This document shows, piece by piece, positions 28,620 through 39,577 of a stretch of DNA of 64,000 bases. Location: positions 224,001 through 288,000 of the forward strand of contig CAVVLJ010000020.1 in NCBI GenBank assembly GCA_963749075.1, read 5' to 3'. The translations under genes and the position numbers were made by a program. Within the stretch, counting starts at the first letter, position 1, and the number at the start of each line of letters is the position of its first letter. The DNA is from an uncultured Pseudomonadota bacterium (GTDB lineage Bacteria > Pseudomonadota > Alphaproteobacteria > JACZXZ01). Below the pieces are notes generated by a model. That model was not told where the DNA came from and ran no database searches. It worked only from the letters and a program-made list of their open reading frames with translations.

Positions 28620-31600
28620 ATGAACCTCCCGGAAACCTGCATCCGAAAGCCCATCGCCACCACGCTCCTCATGGCGGGAGCCGTGGTCTTCGGCCTGGTC
28701 GCCTATCGCGCGCTGCCGGTCAACGAGCTGCCGACCGTCGACTTTCCCACCATCGCCGTGCTGGCCCAGCTGCCCGGCGGCAGCGCCGAAACGATGGCCT
28801 CCTCGGTGGCGACGCCCCTCGAGAGTCAATTCGCCACCATCGCCGGCCTCGATTCGATGAGCTCGACGAGCGCCCTCGGCCAGACCAAGGTCACGCTGCA
28901 GTTCTCGCTCGAGCGCAACATCGACGCCGCCGCCCAGGACGTGCAGGCCGCCATTACCGCGGCGGCGAAGCTGCTGCCGACCGACATGCCGAGCCCGCCC
29001 ACCTTCCGCAAGGTGAACCCGGCGGACTTCGCCATCCTCTACCTTGCCATGAGCTCGACCACGCTGCCGCTCTCGGAGGTCGACAAATACGCCGAGACCA
29101 TCCTCGCCCAGCGCCTCTCCCAGGTCAGCGGCGTGGCTCAGGTCAACGTCTTCGGCTCGCAGAAATACGCCGTGCGCGTCCAGGTCGACCCCGACGCGCT
29201 GGCCAGCCGCAACATCGGCCTCGACGAGGTGCTCAAGGCGGTCGAGAGCGCCAACGTCGACGAGCCCGTCGGCACCATCGACGGCAAGCACCAGTCGCTC
29301 ACCATCCAGGCCAACGGCCAGCTCGTGAACGCCGCGGCCTTCATGGATCAGATCGCGATCTACCGCAACGGCGCGCCGATCCGCTACAAGGATCTGGGGC
29401 GCGTGATCGACAGCGTCGTGAACGACAAGATCGCGAGCTGGTACAACGGCAACCGCGCCATGGTCCTCGCCATCTACCGCCAGCCGGGCACCAATACGAT
29501 CGCCGTCGTGAACTCCATCATGGCGGTGCTGCCGTCCTTCGAGGCGCATCTGCCGGCCTCCGTCCACCTCAACGTCCTCTACGACCGCTCGCAGTCGATC
29601 CGCGCCTCGGTGGACGACGTGCAGTTCACGCTCTTGCTGGCGGCGGCACTGGTCGTGCTGGTGATCTTCCTCTTCCTGCGCAACGTCTCGGCCACCATCA
29701 TCCCGTCGCTGGCGCTGCCGATCTCGGTGATCGGCACCTTCGCGGTGATGTATCTGATGGGCTATACGCTCGACAACCTCTCGCTCATGGCGCTCACACT
29801 CTCGGTCGGCTTCGTCGTCGACGACGCCATCGTCATGCTCGAGAACATCGTGCGCCACATGGAGCGCGGCCTGAAGCCGCTCGAGGCGGCGCTGGTGGGC
29901 TCGAAGGAGATCGGCTTCACCATCCTCTCGATGACGGTCTCGCTCGGCGCGGTGTTCATTCCCGTGCTCTTCATGGGCGGCATCGTGGGACGGCTCCTGC
30001 ATGAATTCGCGGTCACCATCTGCGCCGCGATCGGCGTCTCGGGCATCGTCTCCCTCACCCTCACGCCGATGATGTGCAGCCGCTTCATCCGGCCGCAAGG
30101 GCACGCCCAGCACAACCGGCTCTATCGGCTGACGGAGCGCGGCTTCGAGGCGGTGATCGGCGGCTACGGCCGCACGCTCAAATGGTGCCTCGCCCACAAG
30201 CCGCTCATGCTCCTGGTCTTCATCTGCACCCTCGCCGGCACGGTCTATCTCTTCCTCAGCATACCGAAGGACTTCCTGCCGAGCGTGGATACCGATCAGC
30301 TCATCGTCTTCACCGAGGGGCCCGACGACGCGTCGTTCGATTTCATGGTGCGCAATCAGCAGAAGGCGGCCGCGATCGTCCAGGCGGATCCGAACGTCGC
30401 CCAGCTCATGTCGTCGGTCGGCGCCGGCGGTCCGCGCCCCACCGTCAACTCGGGCACCATCTTCATCAGGCTCAAGCCGCGCGCCCGGCGCGAGCTGAGC
30501 GCCGACGAGGTGGCACTGGAGCTGCGCGGCAAGCTCGCCGGGATACCCGGCCTCAAGCTCTACATACAAAATCCCCCGAGCCTCAGGGTCGGCGGACAGC
30601 TCACCAAGGCGCAGTATCAGTATACGCTGCAGGACATCGATCTTGCCGAGCTCTATTCGAGCGCCGCCAGGTTCATGGACGCGCTCAAGCGCCAGCCCGG
30701 CTTCCTCGACGTCAACAGCGACATGCAGAACAACGGCCCGCAGCTGGTGGTCAATATCGACCGCAACAAGGCGGCGATGCTCGGCGTCACCGCCCAGCAG
30801 GTCGAGGACGCGCTGGGTGCTGCCTTCAGCTCCGAGCAGGTCTCGACCATCTATACCTCGCTCGACCAGTACGAGGTGATCCTCGAGGTGCTGGACAAGT
30901 ACCAGAGCGATCCGAGCTCGCTGTCGCGGCTCTATATCCGCTCCTCGAACGGATCGCTGGTGCCGCTCGATTCCGTGGCGACGATCGGCCGCGGCGTCGG
31001 CCCGCTCACCATCAACCATCTCGGCCAGCTGCCCTCGGTGACGGTGTCCTTCAACCTCGCACCCGACACCTCGCTCGGCACCGCCGTGCAGGCGATCCAG
31101 CGCCTCGAGCGGCAGATCAACATGCCGGCCGCGATGGTGACCAGCTTCCAGGGCACCGCGCAGGCGTTCCAGGCCTCGCTCCAGGGTCTCGGCATCCTGC
31201 TGCTGATGGCCATCGTCGTGGTCTACATCGTGCTCGGCGTGCTCTACGAGAGCTTCATTCACCCCTTCACGATCCTCTCCGGCCTGCCGTCGGCGGCGGT
31301 GGGCGCGCTCTTGAGCCTGATGTTCTTCAACGTGACCCTCAGCCTCTATGCCTTCGTCGGCATCATCATGCTGGTCGGCATCGTGAAGAAGAACGCCATC
31401 ATGATGATCGACTTCGCGCTCGAGCGGCAACGCGGCGAGGGCATGAGCCCGCCCGAGGCGATCTACCAGGCCTGCCTCATCCGTTTCCGCCCGATCATGA
31501 TGACGACCATGGCGGCTCTCATGGGCACGCTGCCCATAGCCCTCGGCGTCGGCAGCGGCTCCGAGGCGCGCCGGCCCTTGGGCATTGCCGTGGTGGGCGG

Positions 31601-31805
31601 CCTCATGCTCTCGCAGCTCCTCACCCTCTATCTGACGCCGGTCATCTACATCTATCTCGACCAGCTGCAGCACATGCGCATTTTCGGCCGCCGCCGCCGT
31701 CCGGCGGCGCGTGCAGCGCCCGAGACGGGCGAGCCCAGTGCCGAGCCTTTGCCCTTCCCCGCGCTCGACGAAGCGGCCGACGGGCCGCGCAAGGCCGCGG
31801 GCTGA
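28620..31805 (+). CDS. RND efflux permease (MdtB/C-like)
   Basis: GFVVDDAIVMLENI, GIVKKNAIMMIDFAL, RFRPIMMTT. Confidence 0.95.
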   Translation: MNLPETCIRKPIATTLLMAGAVVFGLVAYRALPVNELPTVDFPTIAVLAQLPGGSAETMASSVATPLESQFATIAGLDSMSSTSALGQTKVTLQFSLERNIDAAAQDVQAAITAAAKLLPTDMPSPPTFRKVNPADFAILYLAMSSTTLPLSEVDKYAETILAQRLSQVSGVAQVNVFGSQKYAVRVQVDPDALASRNIGLDEVLKAVESANVDEPVGTIDGKHQSLTIQANGQLVNAAAFMDQIAIYRNGAPIRYKDLGRVIDSVVNDKIASWYNGNRAMVLAIYRQPGTNTIAVVNSIMAVLPSFEAHLPASVHLNVLYDRSQSIRASVDDVQFTLLLAAALVVLVIFLFLRNVSATIIPSLALPISVIGTFAVMYLMGYTLDNLSLMALTLSVGFVVDDAIVMLENIVRHMERGLKPLEAALVGSKEIGFTILSMTVSLGAVFIPVLFMGGIVGRLLHEFAVTICAAIGVSGIVSLTLTPMMCSRFIRPQGHAQHNRLYRLTERGFEAVIGGYGRTLKWCLAHKPLMLLVFICTLAGTVYLFLSIPKDFLPSVDTDQLIVFTEGPDDASFDFMVRNQQKAAAIVQADPNVAQLMSSVGAGGPRPTVNSGTIFIRLKPRARRELSADEVALELRGKLAGIPGLKLYIQNPPSLRVGGQLTKAQYQYTLQDIDLAELYSSAARFMDALKRQPGFLDVNSDMQNNGPQLVVNIDRNKAAMLGVTAQQVEDALGAAFSSEQVSTIYTSLDQYEVILEVLDKYQSDPSSLSRLYIRSSNGSLVPLDSVATIGRGVGPLTINHLGQLPSVTVSFNLAPDTSLGTAVQAIQRLERQINMPAAMVTSFQGTAQAFQASLQGLGILLLMAIVVVYIVLGVLYESFIHPFTILSGLPSAAVGALLSLMFFNVTLSLYAFVGIIMLVGIVKKNAIMMIDFALERQRGEGMSPPEAIYQACLIRFRPIMMTTMAALMGTLPIALGVGSGSEARRPLGIAVVGGLMLSQLLTLYLTPVIYIYLDQLQHMRIFGRRRRPAARAAPETGEPSAEPLPFPALDEAADGPRKAAG

Positions 31806-32080
31806 GCCTGTTCCCTGCTTGGCGAGTTGCGCGCCGCGCGGTCGGGTGCCGCTTGGACGGTCGCGGCCGCGACAAAATACGCGCAGGCGTTTAGCAATTG
31901 CCAAGTCGCTCGGCTGCGGAACGGCGATCTTGCGGCCGGCCGCAACAATCCCCTTTATCTCGTGCCCGCATTTCCCTATATGGGCGGGTACCGGCGCTCG
32001 GGGCTCCGCGGCGGCGCTGCCGTGCGCGTGCCGGCCGCCTCCGCAAGCCTCCGCGATCCTGCACCCATGGATGTATCGGG

Positions 32081-33019
32081 ATGATCGAAGTTCAATCGCT
32101 CACCAAGCATTTCGGCCCCATCGTCGCCGTGGAGAACGTGAGCTTCGCGGTCGGCCGCGGCGAGGTGCTCGGCTTCCTGGGTCCCAATGGTGCCGGCAAG
32201 TCGACGACGATGAAGATGATCGCGGGCTTTCTGACGCCCACGAGCGGCGTCGCCAAGGTGTGCGGCTTCGACGTGCTCGAGCAGCCGATCGAGGTCAAGA
32301 CGCGCATCGGCTACCTGCCGGAGGGCGCACCGCTCTATGCCGACATGACGCCGAGGAGCTTCCTCGCCTTCATCGCCGCGGCGCGCGGCTTCCGCGGCGC
32401 CGAGGCGCGCCGGCGCATCGACGCCGCCGCCGAGGAGACCGAGATACTCGCGGTGTTCGACCGCCCGATCGACACCCTCTCCAAGGGCTACAAGCGTCGC
32501 GTGGGCCTGGCCCAGGCGCTCCTCCACGACCCCGAGGTGCTCATCCTCGACGAGCCGACCGACGGCCTCGACCCCAATCAGAAGCACGAGGTGCGCACGC
32601 TCATCCGCGAGATGGCGCCGCGCAAGACCATCGTCATCTCGACCCACCTGCTCGACGAGGTGAGCGCCGTCTGCACGCGCGCCATCGTCATCGCCGGCGG
32701 CAGGCTGGTGGTCGATTCGACGCCGGCCGAGCTCGAGGGCCGCTCGCGGCTCCACAATGCGGTGTCCTTGCGCCTCGCCGGCCTGGGGCTCGCCGAGGCG
32801 AGCTCCCATCTCGCAAGCGTGCCCGGCGTCGCCGGCCTCGATGCGCGCGAGACCGTGGGCGACGTCATCGGGCTTACGCTCTATGCCGAGGACGGCCGGA
32901 CGATCGTCGCCGAGGTGAGCCGCCTCATCCACGAGCGCGGCTGGACGGTCGAGGAGATCCGCGTCGAGCAAGGCCAGCTCGACGAGGTGTTCCGCGAGAT
33001 CACCGCTGGCCGCAGCTAA
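32081..33019 (+). CDS. ABC ATP-binding protein (GldA-like)
   Basis: GPNGAGKST, LSKGYKRRVGLAQA, DEPTDGLDP. Confidence 0.9.
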   Translation: MIEVQSLTKHFGPIVAVENVSFAVGRGEVLGFLGPNGAGKSTTMKMIAGFLTPTSGVAKVCGFDVLEQPIEVKTRIGYLPEGAPLYADMTPRSFLAFIAAARGFRGAEARRRIDAAAEETEILAVFDRPIDTLSKGYKRRVGLAQALLHDPEVLILDEPTDGLDPNQKHEVRTLIREMAPRKTIVISTHLLDEVSAVCTRAIVIAGGRLVVDSTPAELEGRSRLHNAVSLRLAGLGLAEASSHLASVPGVAGLDARETVGDVIGLTLYAEDGRTIVAEVSRLIHERGWTVEEIRVEQGQLDEVFREITAGRS

Positions 33020-33044
33020 TACCGGGAATCATTGATGTGCGTTC

Positions 33045-33146
33045 CACCCCCCTCCCTAACCCTCCCCCTCAAGGGTGGAGGGGACATGCATGGCATGGCA
33101 ACAAGCTTCTCCCTCCCCCTCGAAGGGGGAGGGTGGGGAGGGGGTG
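33045..33146. repeat. REP doublet
   Basis: Inverted C/G-rich arms around the core GCATGGCAACAAGCTTC. Confidence 0.85.
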
Positions 33147-33213
33147 TCTCATGCTTCAACGATGGTAGTCTAGGGAGCAGTGCGGTCGATCGGGCAGGCG
33201 AGAGGGTGTCGAG

Positions 33214-33957
33214 ATGAGAGGCCTCTGCAATATCTATGCGGTGTTCCGCCGCGAATTCGCCGCCTATTTCACGACGCCGCTGGCCTACGTCTTCCTCGTC
33301 GTCTTCCTCGCCCTCGCGGGTGCCCTCACCTTCTATATCGGCAACTTTTTCACGCGCGAGCAGGCCGACCTCGAGCCCTTCTTCACCTTCCACCCGTGGC
33401 TCTATCTCTTCCTCATCCCGGCGATCTCGATGCGCCTCTGGGCCGAGGAGCGCAAGACGGGCACCGCCGAGCTTCTGCTGACGCTGCCGCTCACCATCCC
33501 CGAGGCGGTGATCGGCAAGTTCCTCGCTGCCTGGGCCTTCACCGCCGTGGCGCTGGCCCTCACCTTCCCCATCTGGATCTCGGTCAATGTCCTCGGGCGG
33601 CCCGACAACGGCGTCATCGTGGCGGGCTATCTCGGCAGCTTCGTCATGGCGGGCGCCTTTCTCGCGGTCGGCTCCTGCATGTCCGCCCTCACCAAGAACC
33701 AGGTCGTCGCCTTCGTGCTCGCCTGCGTCGCCTGCTTTCTCTTCATCCTCTCCGGCACGCCGATGGTGCTCGGCTTCGCCGGGAGCTGGCTGCCGCAGGT
33801 GCTGGTCGACACCATCGCCTCCTTCAGCTTCCTCACCCACTTCAATGCGATCAAGAAAGGCGTCATCGATTTGCGCGACGTGATCTTCCTCGCCTCGCTC
33901 ATCGTGCTCTTTCTCTATGCGAACGTGATTCTGGTCGACCTCAAGAAGGCGGCATAG
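33214..33957 (+). CDS. ABC permease (GldF-like)
   Basis: YFTTPLAY, MRLWAEERKTGT.ELLLT. Confidence 0.9.
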   Translation: MRGLCNIYAVFRREFAAYFTTPLAYVFLVVFLALAGALTFYIGNFFTREQADLEPFFTFHPWLYLFLIPAISMRLWAEERKTGTAELLLTLPLTIPEAVIGKFLAAWAFTAVALALTFPIWISVNVLGRPDNGVIVAGYLGSFVMAGAFLAVGSCMSALTKNQVVAFVLACVACFLFILSGTPMVLGFAGSWLPQVLVDTIASFSFLTHFNAIKKGVIDLRDVIFLASLIVLFLYANVILVDLKKAA

Positions 33958-33975
33958 TCGAATGGGCCTCCGCGC

Positions 33976-35967
33976 ATGATGACCCCGCACCGGCTCGACC
34001 GCACGGCGCTCTCGCTCCTCGGCTTGGCGCTTGCGGTCACCCTCTTCTTCGCGATCAACATCTTCGCCAACGCCGCGTTCAAGGGCTGGACCCTCGATCT
34101 CACAGAGGGTGGGCTCTACACGCTCTCGGGAGGCACGCGGCAGCTCTTAGCCAATCTCAAGGAGCCGCTCACGCTGCGCTTCTACTTCTCGCAGCGCCTC
34201 GCCGACGCGGTGCCGAGCTACGGCAACTACGCCTCGCGCGTGCGCGAGCTGCTCGAGCGCTACGCCAGCCTCTCCGACGGCAAGATCCGCCTCGAGTTCT
34301 ACAATCCCGAGCCGTTCTCCGATGCCGAGGACCGCGCGGTCTCCTTCGGGCTGCAGGGCGTGCCGGTGGGCAGCTCCGGCGACCAGGTCTATTTCGGCCT
34401 CGCGGCCACCAACAGCACGGACGACGAGGAGATCATCCCCTTCTTCCAGCCGGACCGCGAGCGCTTCCTCGAGTACGACGTGAGCAAGCTGATCGCCAAC
34501 TTGGCCAACCCGAAGAAGAAGGCGATCGGCCTCATAAGCTCGCTCCCCATGGGCGGCTCCTTCGGCAACCCCATGATGGGCCAGGCGACGGTGCAGCCGT
34601 GGATCGTGATGAGCGAGATGCGCCAGCAGTTCACCGTGCGCGAGCTCGGCGAGAATCCAGACGCCATCGACAAGGACATCGACGTCCTCATGATCGTCCA
34701 TCCCAAGGCGCTCACCGAGAAGGCGCAGTTCGCCATCGACCAGTACGTGCTCGGCGGCGGCCGCGCCCTCGTCTTCGTCGACCCCAACGCCGAGTCCGAC
34801 ACCGGCCCCAGCCCCATGATGATGACCGGCGCCTCGAGCTCGGACTTGAAGCGCCTCTTCGCGGCCTGGGGCATCGAGCTGGTGCCCGACAAGGTGGCCG
34901 GCGACCGCGAGCTCGCGACGCGCGTGCAGGCGCCCATCAACGGGCGCAGCCAGGCGATCGACTACATAGCCTGGCTCTCCCTCGAGCAGGCCAATCTCAA
35001 CCGCGACGACGTGGTGACGGCCGACCTCTCGAGCCTCCTGATGGCGACCCCGGGCATCCTCGAGAAGAAGAAGGGCGCCGCCGTCACCTTCACGCCGCTC
35101 GTCCAGACGGACGACGACGCGACCGAGATACCGGCGGACAAGCTGCGCCTCTTCCCCGATTTCTTGAGCCTGCTTGCCAATTACAAAGCCGTCGGCCATC
35201 CCTTGACCTTGGCGGCGCGCGTGCAGGGCATGGTCAAGACCGCCTTTCCCGACGGCCCTCCCGGTGCCGCCAAGGAGACGGCGAAGACGGCGGCGCCAGG
35301 CGAAAAGCCGGCCGATAAACCGGCCGAGAAGCCGGGCGAGACGAAGGCGGCGGACAAGCCGGAGCCGGCCAAGCCGGCAAGCTGGCTCAAGGAGTCGGCG
35401 AAACCGATCAACGTGATCGTGGTCGCCGACACCGACATGCTGAGCGACCGCTTCTGGGTGCGCACCCAGGACTTCTTCGGCCAGCAGGTCGTGCAGCCGA
35501 CCGCCGGCAACGGCGACTTCGTGATCAACGCGCTCGACAATCTCGCGGGCTCCGAGGCGCTCATCGGCCTGCGCGGCCGCGGGCTCTCGGCGCGGCCCTT
35601 CGAGCTCGTGCAGCGCCTGCGCGCCAAGGCCGATGCGCGCTATCTCGCCAAGGCGCAGGAGCTGCAGGACCGGCTCAAGGACGCCGAGAAGAAGCTCGCC
35701 TCCCTCCAGAAGGAGGGCGATGCCGGCTCCCACCAGATCCTGACGGCGGCCCAGCAGGGGGAGATCGACAAGTTCCGCGGCGAGATGCTGACGACGCGCA
35801 AGTCCTTGCGCGAGGTGCAGCGGGCACTCCGCGTCAATATCGAGCGGCTCGACGAGCTCCTCAAGTTCATCAACATCGCACTCGTGCCGATCCTCGTCGG
35901 CATCGCCGCGATCGCGGTGGCCGTCGTGCGCGCGGCGCGCCGGCGCCGGCGCTACGGCACCGCCTGA
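33976..35967 (+). CDS. GldG-family ABC auxiliary protein
   Basis: DLTEGGLYTLS, LEYDVS, IDQYVLGGG, VVADTDML, N.DFVINALD. Confidence 0.88.
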   Translation: MMTPHRLDRTALSLLGLALAVTLFFAINIFANAAFKGWTLDLTEGGLYTLSGGTRQLLANLKEPLTLRFYFSQRLADAVPSYGNYASRVRELLERYASLSDGKIRLEFYNPEPFSDAEDRAVSFGLQGVPVGSSGDQVYFGLAATNSTDDEEIIPFFQPDRERFLEYDVSKLIANLANPKKKAIGLISSLPMGGSFGNPMMGQATVQPWIVMSEMRQQFTVRELGENPDAIDKDIDVLMIVHPKALTEKAQFAIDQYVLGGGRALVFVDPNAESDTGPSPMMMTGASSSDLKRLFAAWGIELVPDKVAGDRELATRVQAPINGRSQAIDYIAWLSLEQANLNRDDVVTADLSSLLMATPGILEKKKGAAVTFTPLVQTDDDATEIPADKLRLFPDFLSLLANYKAVGHPLTLAARVQGMVKTAFPDGPPGAAKETAKTAAPGEKPADKPAEKPGETKAADKPEPAKPASWLKESAKPINVIVVADTDMLSDRFWVRTQDFFGQQVVQPTAGNGDFVINALDNLAGSEALIGLRGRGLSARPFELVQRLRAKADARYLAKAQELQDRLKDAEKKLASLQKEGDAGSHQILTAAQQGEIDKFRGEMLTTRKSLREVQRALRVNIERLDELLKFINIALVPILVGIAAIAVAVVRAARRRRRYGTA

Positions 35968-35985
35968 AGGGGGAGGCAGCCCAAG

Positions 35986-37098
35986 ATGAAGCCGAGAACG
36001 CTTGCCATCCTCGCGATCGTCACGCTCATCTTCGCGACAGCCGCCATCGTGGTCTCGAGCCGCACGCCGGCCTATAGGAGCGGCACGGGCGGGCAGCTCG
36101 TCTTCCCCGACTTGGCCGCCCACGTCAACGATGCGGCCAAGATCACCGTGCAGACCGCGGAGCAGAAGTTCAGCATCGTGCGCACCGGCAAGGGCTGGGC
36201 GGTTGCCGACAAATACGGCTATCCCGCCAAGTTCGACCTGGTGCGGCAGACGCTCGTCGGTCTCGCCCAGCTCAAGACGGTCGAGGCCAAGACCGCCGAG
36301 CCAGCACTCTATCCCCGCCTCGAGGTCGAGGACATCAGCCAGAAGGACGCCAAGGGCGAGCTCTTGACGCTCGAGGATGCCAAGGGCGAGAAGCTCGCCA
36401 GCGTCATCCTCGGCAAGCGCCACTACGGCCGCGGCGCCGATCAGGCGGTCGAGCTCTATGTGCGCAAGGCGGGCGAGGCGCAATCATGGCTCTCGACCGG
36501 CACGCTCGAGCGCAACGACGATCTCAAGCCCTGGCTCGTGCGCGACGTGGCGGCGCTCGAGCGCGACCGGGTGCGCGAGGTGACGGTGACGCCGGCCGGC
36601 GACAAGGCCTATACGCTCAGCAAGGCGAAGCCGGGCGAGGGCGACTTCACCCTCTCCGACGTGCCGCCCGACGACAAGGCGAAGTCGGCCTACGAGCTCA
36701 ACTCCGTGGCGGGCGCCTTGGGCCTCCTCCTCCTCGACGACGTGCTGCCGGCCAAGGACCTCAAGCCCGACGCCAAGCTCCTCACCACGCTCGACTACAA
36801 GAGCTTCGACGGCCTCACCGTCGAGCTGGCGCTCTACGAGCAGGACGGCAAGAAGTGGGCCAAGCTCAAGGCGTCCTACAGCGCCGAGCCGCCGCCCGCC
36901 GCCCCCGCCGAAGCGGCCAAGAGCGCCGCGGCGCCGCCCACGCTCAAGAGCGCCGAGGAGGTCAAGAAGGAGGCGGACGCGATTGACGCGCGCGGCAAGG
37001 ATTGGCTGTTCGGCCTGGCCGCGAGCGACGTCGTCAACCTCGAGAAGAAGCTCTCCGACCTCGTCGAGCCCAAGGACAAGACCAAGCCGAAGTCGTGA
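35986..37098 (+). CDS. DUF4340-like protein
   Basis: N-terminal TM; YPA, YVRKAGE; conserved position after gldG-like gene. Confidence 0.75.
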   Translation: MKPRTLAILAIVTLIFATAAIVVSSRTPAYRSGTGGQLVFPDLAAHVNDAAKITVQTAEQKFSIVRTGKGWAVADKYGYPAKFDLVRQTLVGLAQLKTVEAKTAEPALYPRLEVEDISQKDAKGELLTLEDAKGEKLASVILGKRHYGRGADQAVELYVRKAGEAQSWLSTGTLERNDDLKPWLVRDVAALERDRVREVTVTPAGDKAYTLSKAKPGEGDFTLSDVPPDDKAKSAYELNSVAGALGLLLLDDVLPAKDLKPDAKLLTTLDYKSFDGLTVELALYEQDGKKWAKLKASYSAEPPPAAPAEAAKSAAAPPTLKSAEEVKKEADAIDARGKDWLFGLAASDVVNLEKKLSDLVEPKDKTKPKS

Positions 37099-37138
37099 GG
37101 GCCGGGGCGCATTGCCCGGACTCATCGGCGCGAAGCAT

Positions 37139-37240
37139 ACCCCCCTCCCCAACCCTCCCCCTCGAGGGGCGAGGGGGAAGCTTGTTGCCATGCGATACAC
37201 ATCCCCTCCCCCCTTGAGGGGGAGGGTTAGGGTGGGGGGT
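37139..37240. repeat. REP doublet, inverted copy of the 33045 element
   Basis: Core GAAGCTTGTTGCCATGC is the reverse complement of the 33045 core. Confidence 0.85.
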
Positions 37241-37256
37241 GACGGGCATCAATGAT

Positions 37257-38384
37257 ATGAGGCGTCCACGCCGACGGCTCAAGACCGCGGGCGTCGCTGC
37301 GGCGGCGCTCATCGCACTGGGGCTCGCCGCCTTTTGGCTGGCACTCGCTCCGCCGCGCGCGCTCGAGGCCGCCGCCCTCCTCTTCGAGCTTGCGAGCGGC
37401 CGCGTGCCGGCATTGGTACCCGCTGCCGCGAGCTGGCAGAGCCAGGGCGGCAGCTATCAGGGCGACCTCTACCGTCCGCCTGGGGGCGCCCGTGCCGCAC
37501 TCCTCCTCGTTCCCGGTGCCGCCGAGACGGGCAAGGACGATCCCCGTCTCGTGGCCTTCGCGCGCGGCCTGGCCGACCACGGCTTCCTCGTGCTCGTGCC
37601 CGACCTGCCGGGACCCAAGGCGCTCCGCGTCGGCCATGAGGACATTCCCGAGATCAGAGACGCCGCCGCCTATCTCGCGGGCCTGCCCCACGGCCAAGGG
37701 CCGCTCGGCATCGCCGCCATCTCCTATGGCGTGGGGCCCGCGATCCTCGCGGCACTCGAGCCGGGCATGGGCAAGGTCGTGGGCTTCCTCGTCTGCATCG
37801 GGGGCTATTACGACTCCACCAGCGTCATTACCTTCTTCACCACCGGCTATTGGCGCGCCGCACCGGGGGCGCCCTGGCAGCTCGGCAAGCCCAACGCCTA
37901 CGGCAAATGGGTCTTCGTGCTGGCCAATGCCGTCCGCCTCGACTCCGCCGCCGACCGCGAGCGTCTCGCCCGCCTGGCCTGGACGAAGCTCCATGACCTC
38001 AATGCGGACACGTCGGCGCTCGAGCCAACCCTCGGCCCCCAGGGACGTGCTGTGATGGCGCTCCTCGACAACCGCGACCCCGCCAAGGTGCCAGCGCTCA
38101 TCGCGACGCTGCCCGAGCGCATCTCGGCCGAGATCGCCGCCCTCGACCTCGCGGACAAGGACCTCTCCCGCCTCCACGCCCAGGTGCTGCTCATCCACGG
38201 CCGCGACGACGCCATCGTGCCCTATAGCGAGAGCGTCGACCTTGCCGCGGCTCTCGGGCCCCGCGCGCATCTCTATATCCTCGCACACCTCGCCCATGCC
38301 AGCCTCTCGCCGGGCGATCTCGCCGACGCCCTGGTGCTGCGGCGCGCAGCCGAGCGACTTCTTGGCTTGCGGGACGGCGGCTGA
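37257..38384 (+). CDS. Membrane-anchored alpha/beta hydrolase
   Basis: ISYG nucleophile elbow, IHGRDDAIVP, C-terminal His. Confidence 0.75.
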   Translation: MRRPRRRLKTAGVAAAALIALGLAAFWLALAPPRALEAAALLFELASGRVPALVPAAASWQSQGGSYQGDLYRPPGGARAALLLVPGAAETGKDDPRLVAFARGLADHGFLVLVPDLPGPKALRVGHEDIPEIRDAAAYLAGLPHGQGPLGIAAISYGVGPAILAALEPGMGKVVGFLVCIGGYYDSTSVITFFTTGYWRAAPGAPWQLGKPNAYGKWVFVLANAVRLDSAADRERLARLAWTKLHDLNADTSALEPTLGPQGRAVMALLDNRDPAKVPALIATLPERISAEIAALDLADKDLSRLHAQVLLIHGRDDAIVPYSESVDLAAALGPRAHLYILAHLAHASLSPGDLADALVLRRAAERLLGLRDGG

Positions 38385-38533
38385 GCGGCCCGCCGCCTGT
38401 GCGCGCCGTCACAGCCGCGCGCCGCAACGGCTGGGACAATCGCCCGCGCGAAATATTCCCCCGCTCGATGCCGGCCGCTTTGATCCTGGCGCGTACCAAG
38501 CTAATAATGGGCGGTCCCGACCGGAGAGTGGCG

Positions 38534-39565
38534 ATGGTCTTCTCCAGCTTGAGCGCGGTGCGGCGCTTCCTGGCTGGCGCGCTCGTGGCGCTGCCGCTCG
38601 TTGCCGCCGCCGCACCGGCCGTGGCCCAGAGCGGCGATCAGGGCCGCTTCTTCCGCATCGGCACCGGCGCCTCGGGAGGCACCTATTTCCCCATCGGCGG
38701 CGTGATCGCCAGCGCCATCAGCAATCCGCCGGGTGCCCGCCCTTGCGACAAGGGCGGCAGCTGCGGCGTGCCGGGCCTCATCGCGGTCGCGCAATCGACC
38801 CAGGGCTCGGTCGAGAACGTGACGCGGATCGAACACGGCGAGCTCGAATCGGGCCTCTGCCAGGCCGACCTCGCCTATGCCGCCTATTACGGCCTCGGCC
38901 CCTTCGCCAAAAGGCCGCTCGGCAAGCTGCGCGCCATCGCCAACCTCTACCGCGAGGCCGTGCATATCGTGGTGCGCGCCGATTCGGATATCCGCAGCGT
39001 GGCCCAGCTCAAGGGCAGGCGCGTCTCGGTCGGCGAGGAAGGCTCGGGCACGCTGATCGACGCCGACGCGATCCTGGCCGCCTACAAGCTGCGGCGCAAG
39101 GACGTGCAGCTCCAGTTCCTCAAGCCCGGCCAGGCGAGCGACGCGCTGCGCGAGGGCCGCATAGACGCCTTTTTCATGGTTGCCGGCTGGCCGGTCTCGA
39201 CGGTGGCGGCCCTGGCCGAGGCCATGCCGGTCCGCCTCGTGCCCGTCGACGCCGACGCGCTGCCCAGGCTGCGCCAGACCCACCCCTTCTTCGGCATCAC
39301 CGAGATACCGGCCGGCACCTACGCGGGCGTCCCCGCCACGGACGCGGTCAGCATGGCGGCGATCTGGGTGGCCTCGGCCGATCTCGACGAGGAGCTCGTC
39401 TACGGCGTCACCAAGGCGCTGTGGGAGAAGAGCACGCGGCGTCTCCTCGACGTGGGCCATCCCGAGGGCAAGGAGATCCGCCTGGAGACGGCGCTCGACG
39501 GCCTGGCGCTCCCGCTCCACCCGGGAGCCGAGCGCTACTACCGCGAGGCCGGCATGCTCAAGTGA
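38534..39565 (+). CDS. TAXI-family TRAP substrate-binding protein
   Basis: GTGASGGTYFPIG, GSVEN, PLHPGAERYY. Confidence 0.92.
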   Translation: MVFSSLSAVRRFLAGALVALPLVAAAAPAVAQSGDQGRFFRIGTGASGGTYFPIGGVIASAISNPPGARPCDKGGSCGVPGLIAVAQSTQGSVENVTRIEHGELESGLCQADLAYAAYYGLGPFAKRPLGKLRAIANLYREAVHIVVRADSDIRSVAQLKGRRVSVGEEGSGTLIDADAILAAYKLRRKDVQLQFLKPGQASDALREGRIDAFFMVAGWPVSTVAALAEAMPVRLVPVDADALPRLRQTHPFFGITEIPAGTYAGVPATDAVSMAAIWVASADLDEELVYGVTKALWEKSTRRLLDVGHPEGKEIRLETALDGLALPLHPGAERYYREAGMLK

Positions 39566-39577
39566 GGCGGCACTCCG

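Noticed and set aside
32081-37098. Gliding motility system
   Set aside because: GldAFG-like ABC modules are widespread in non-gliding proteobacteria, and no other gld/spr genes are present
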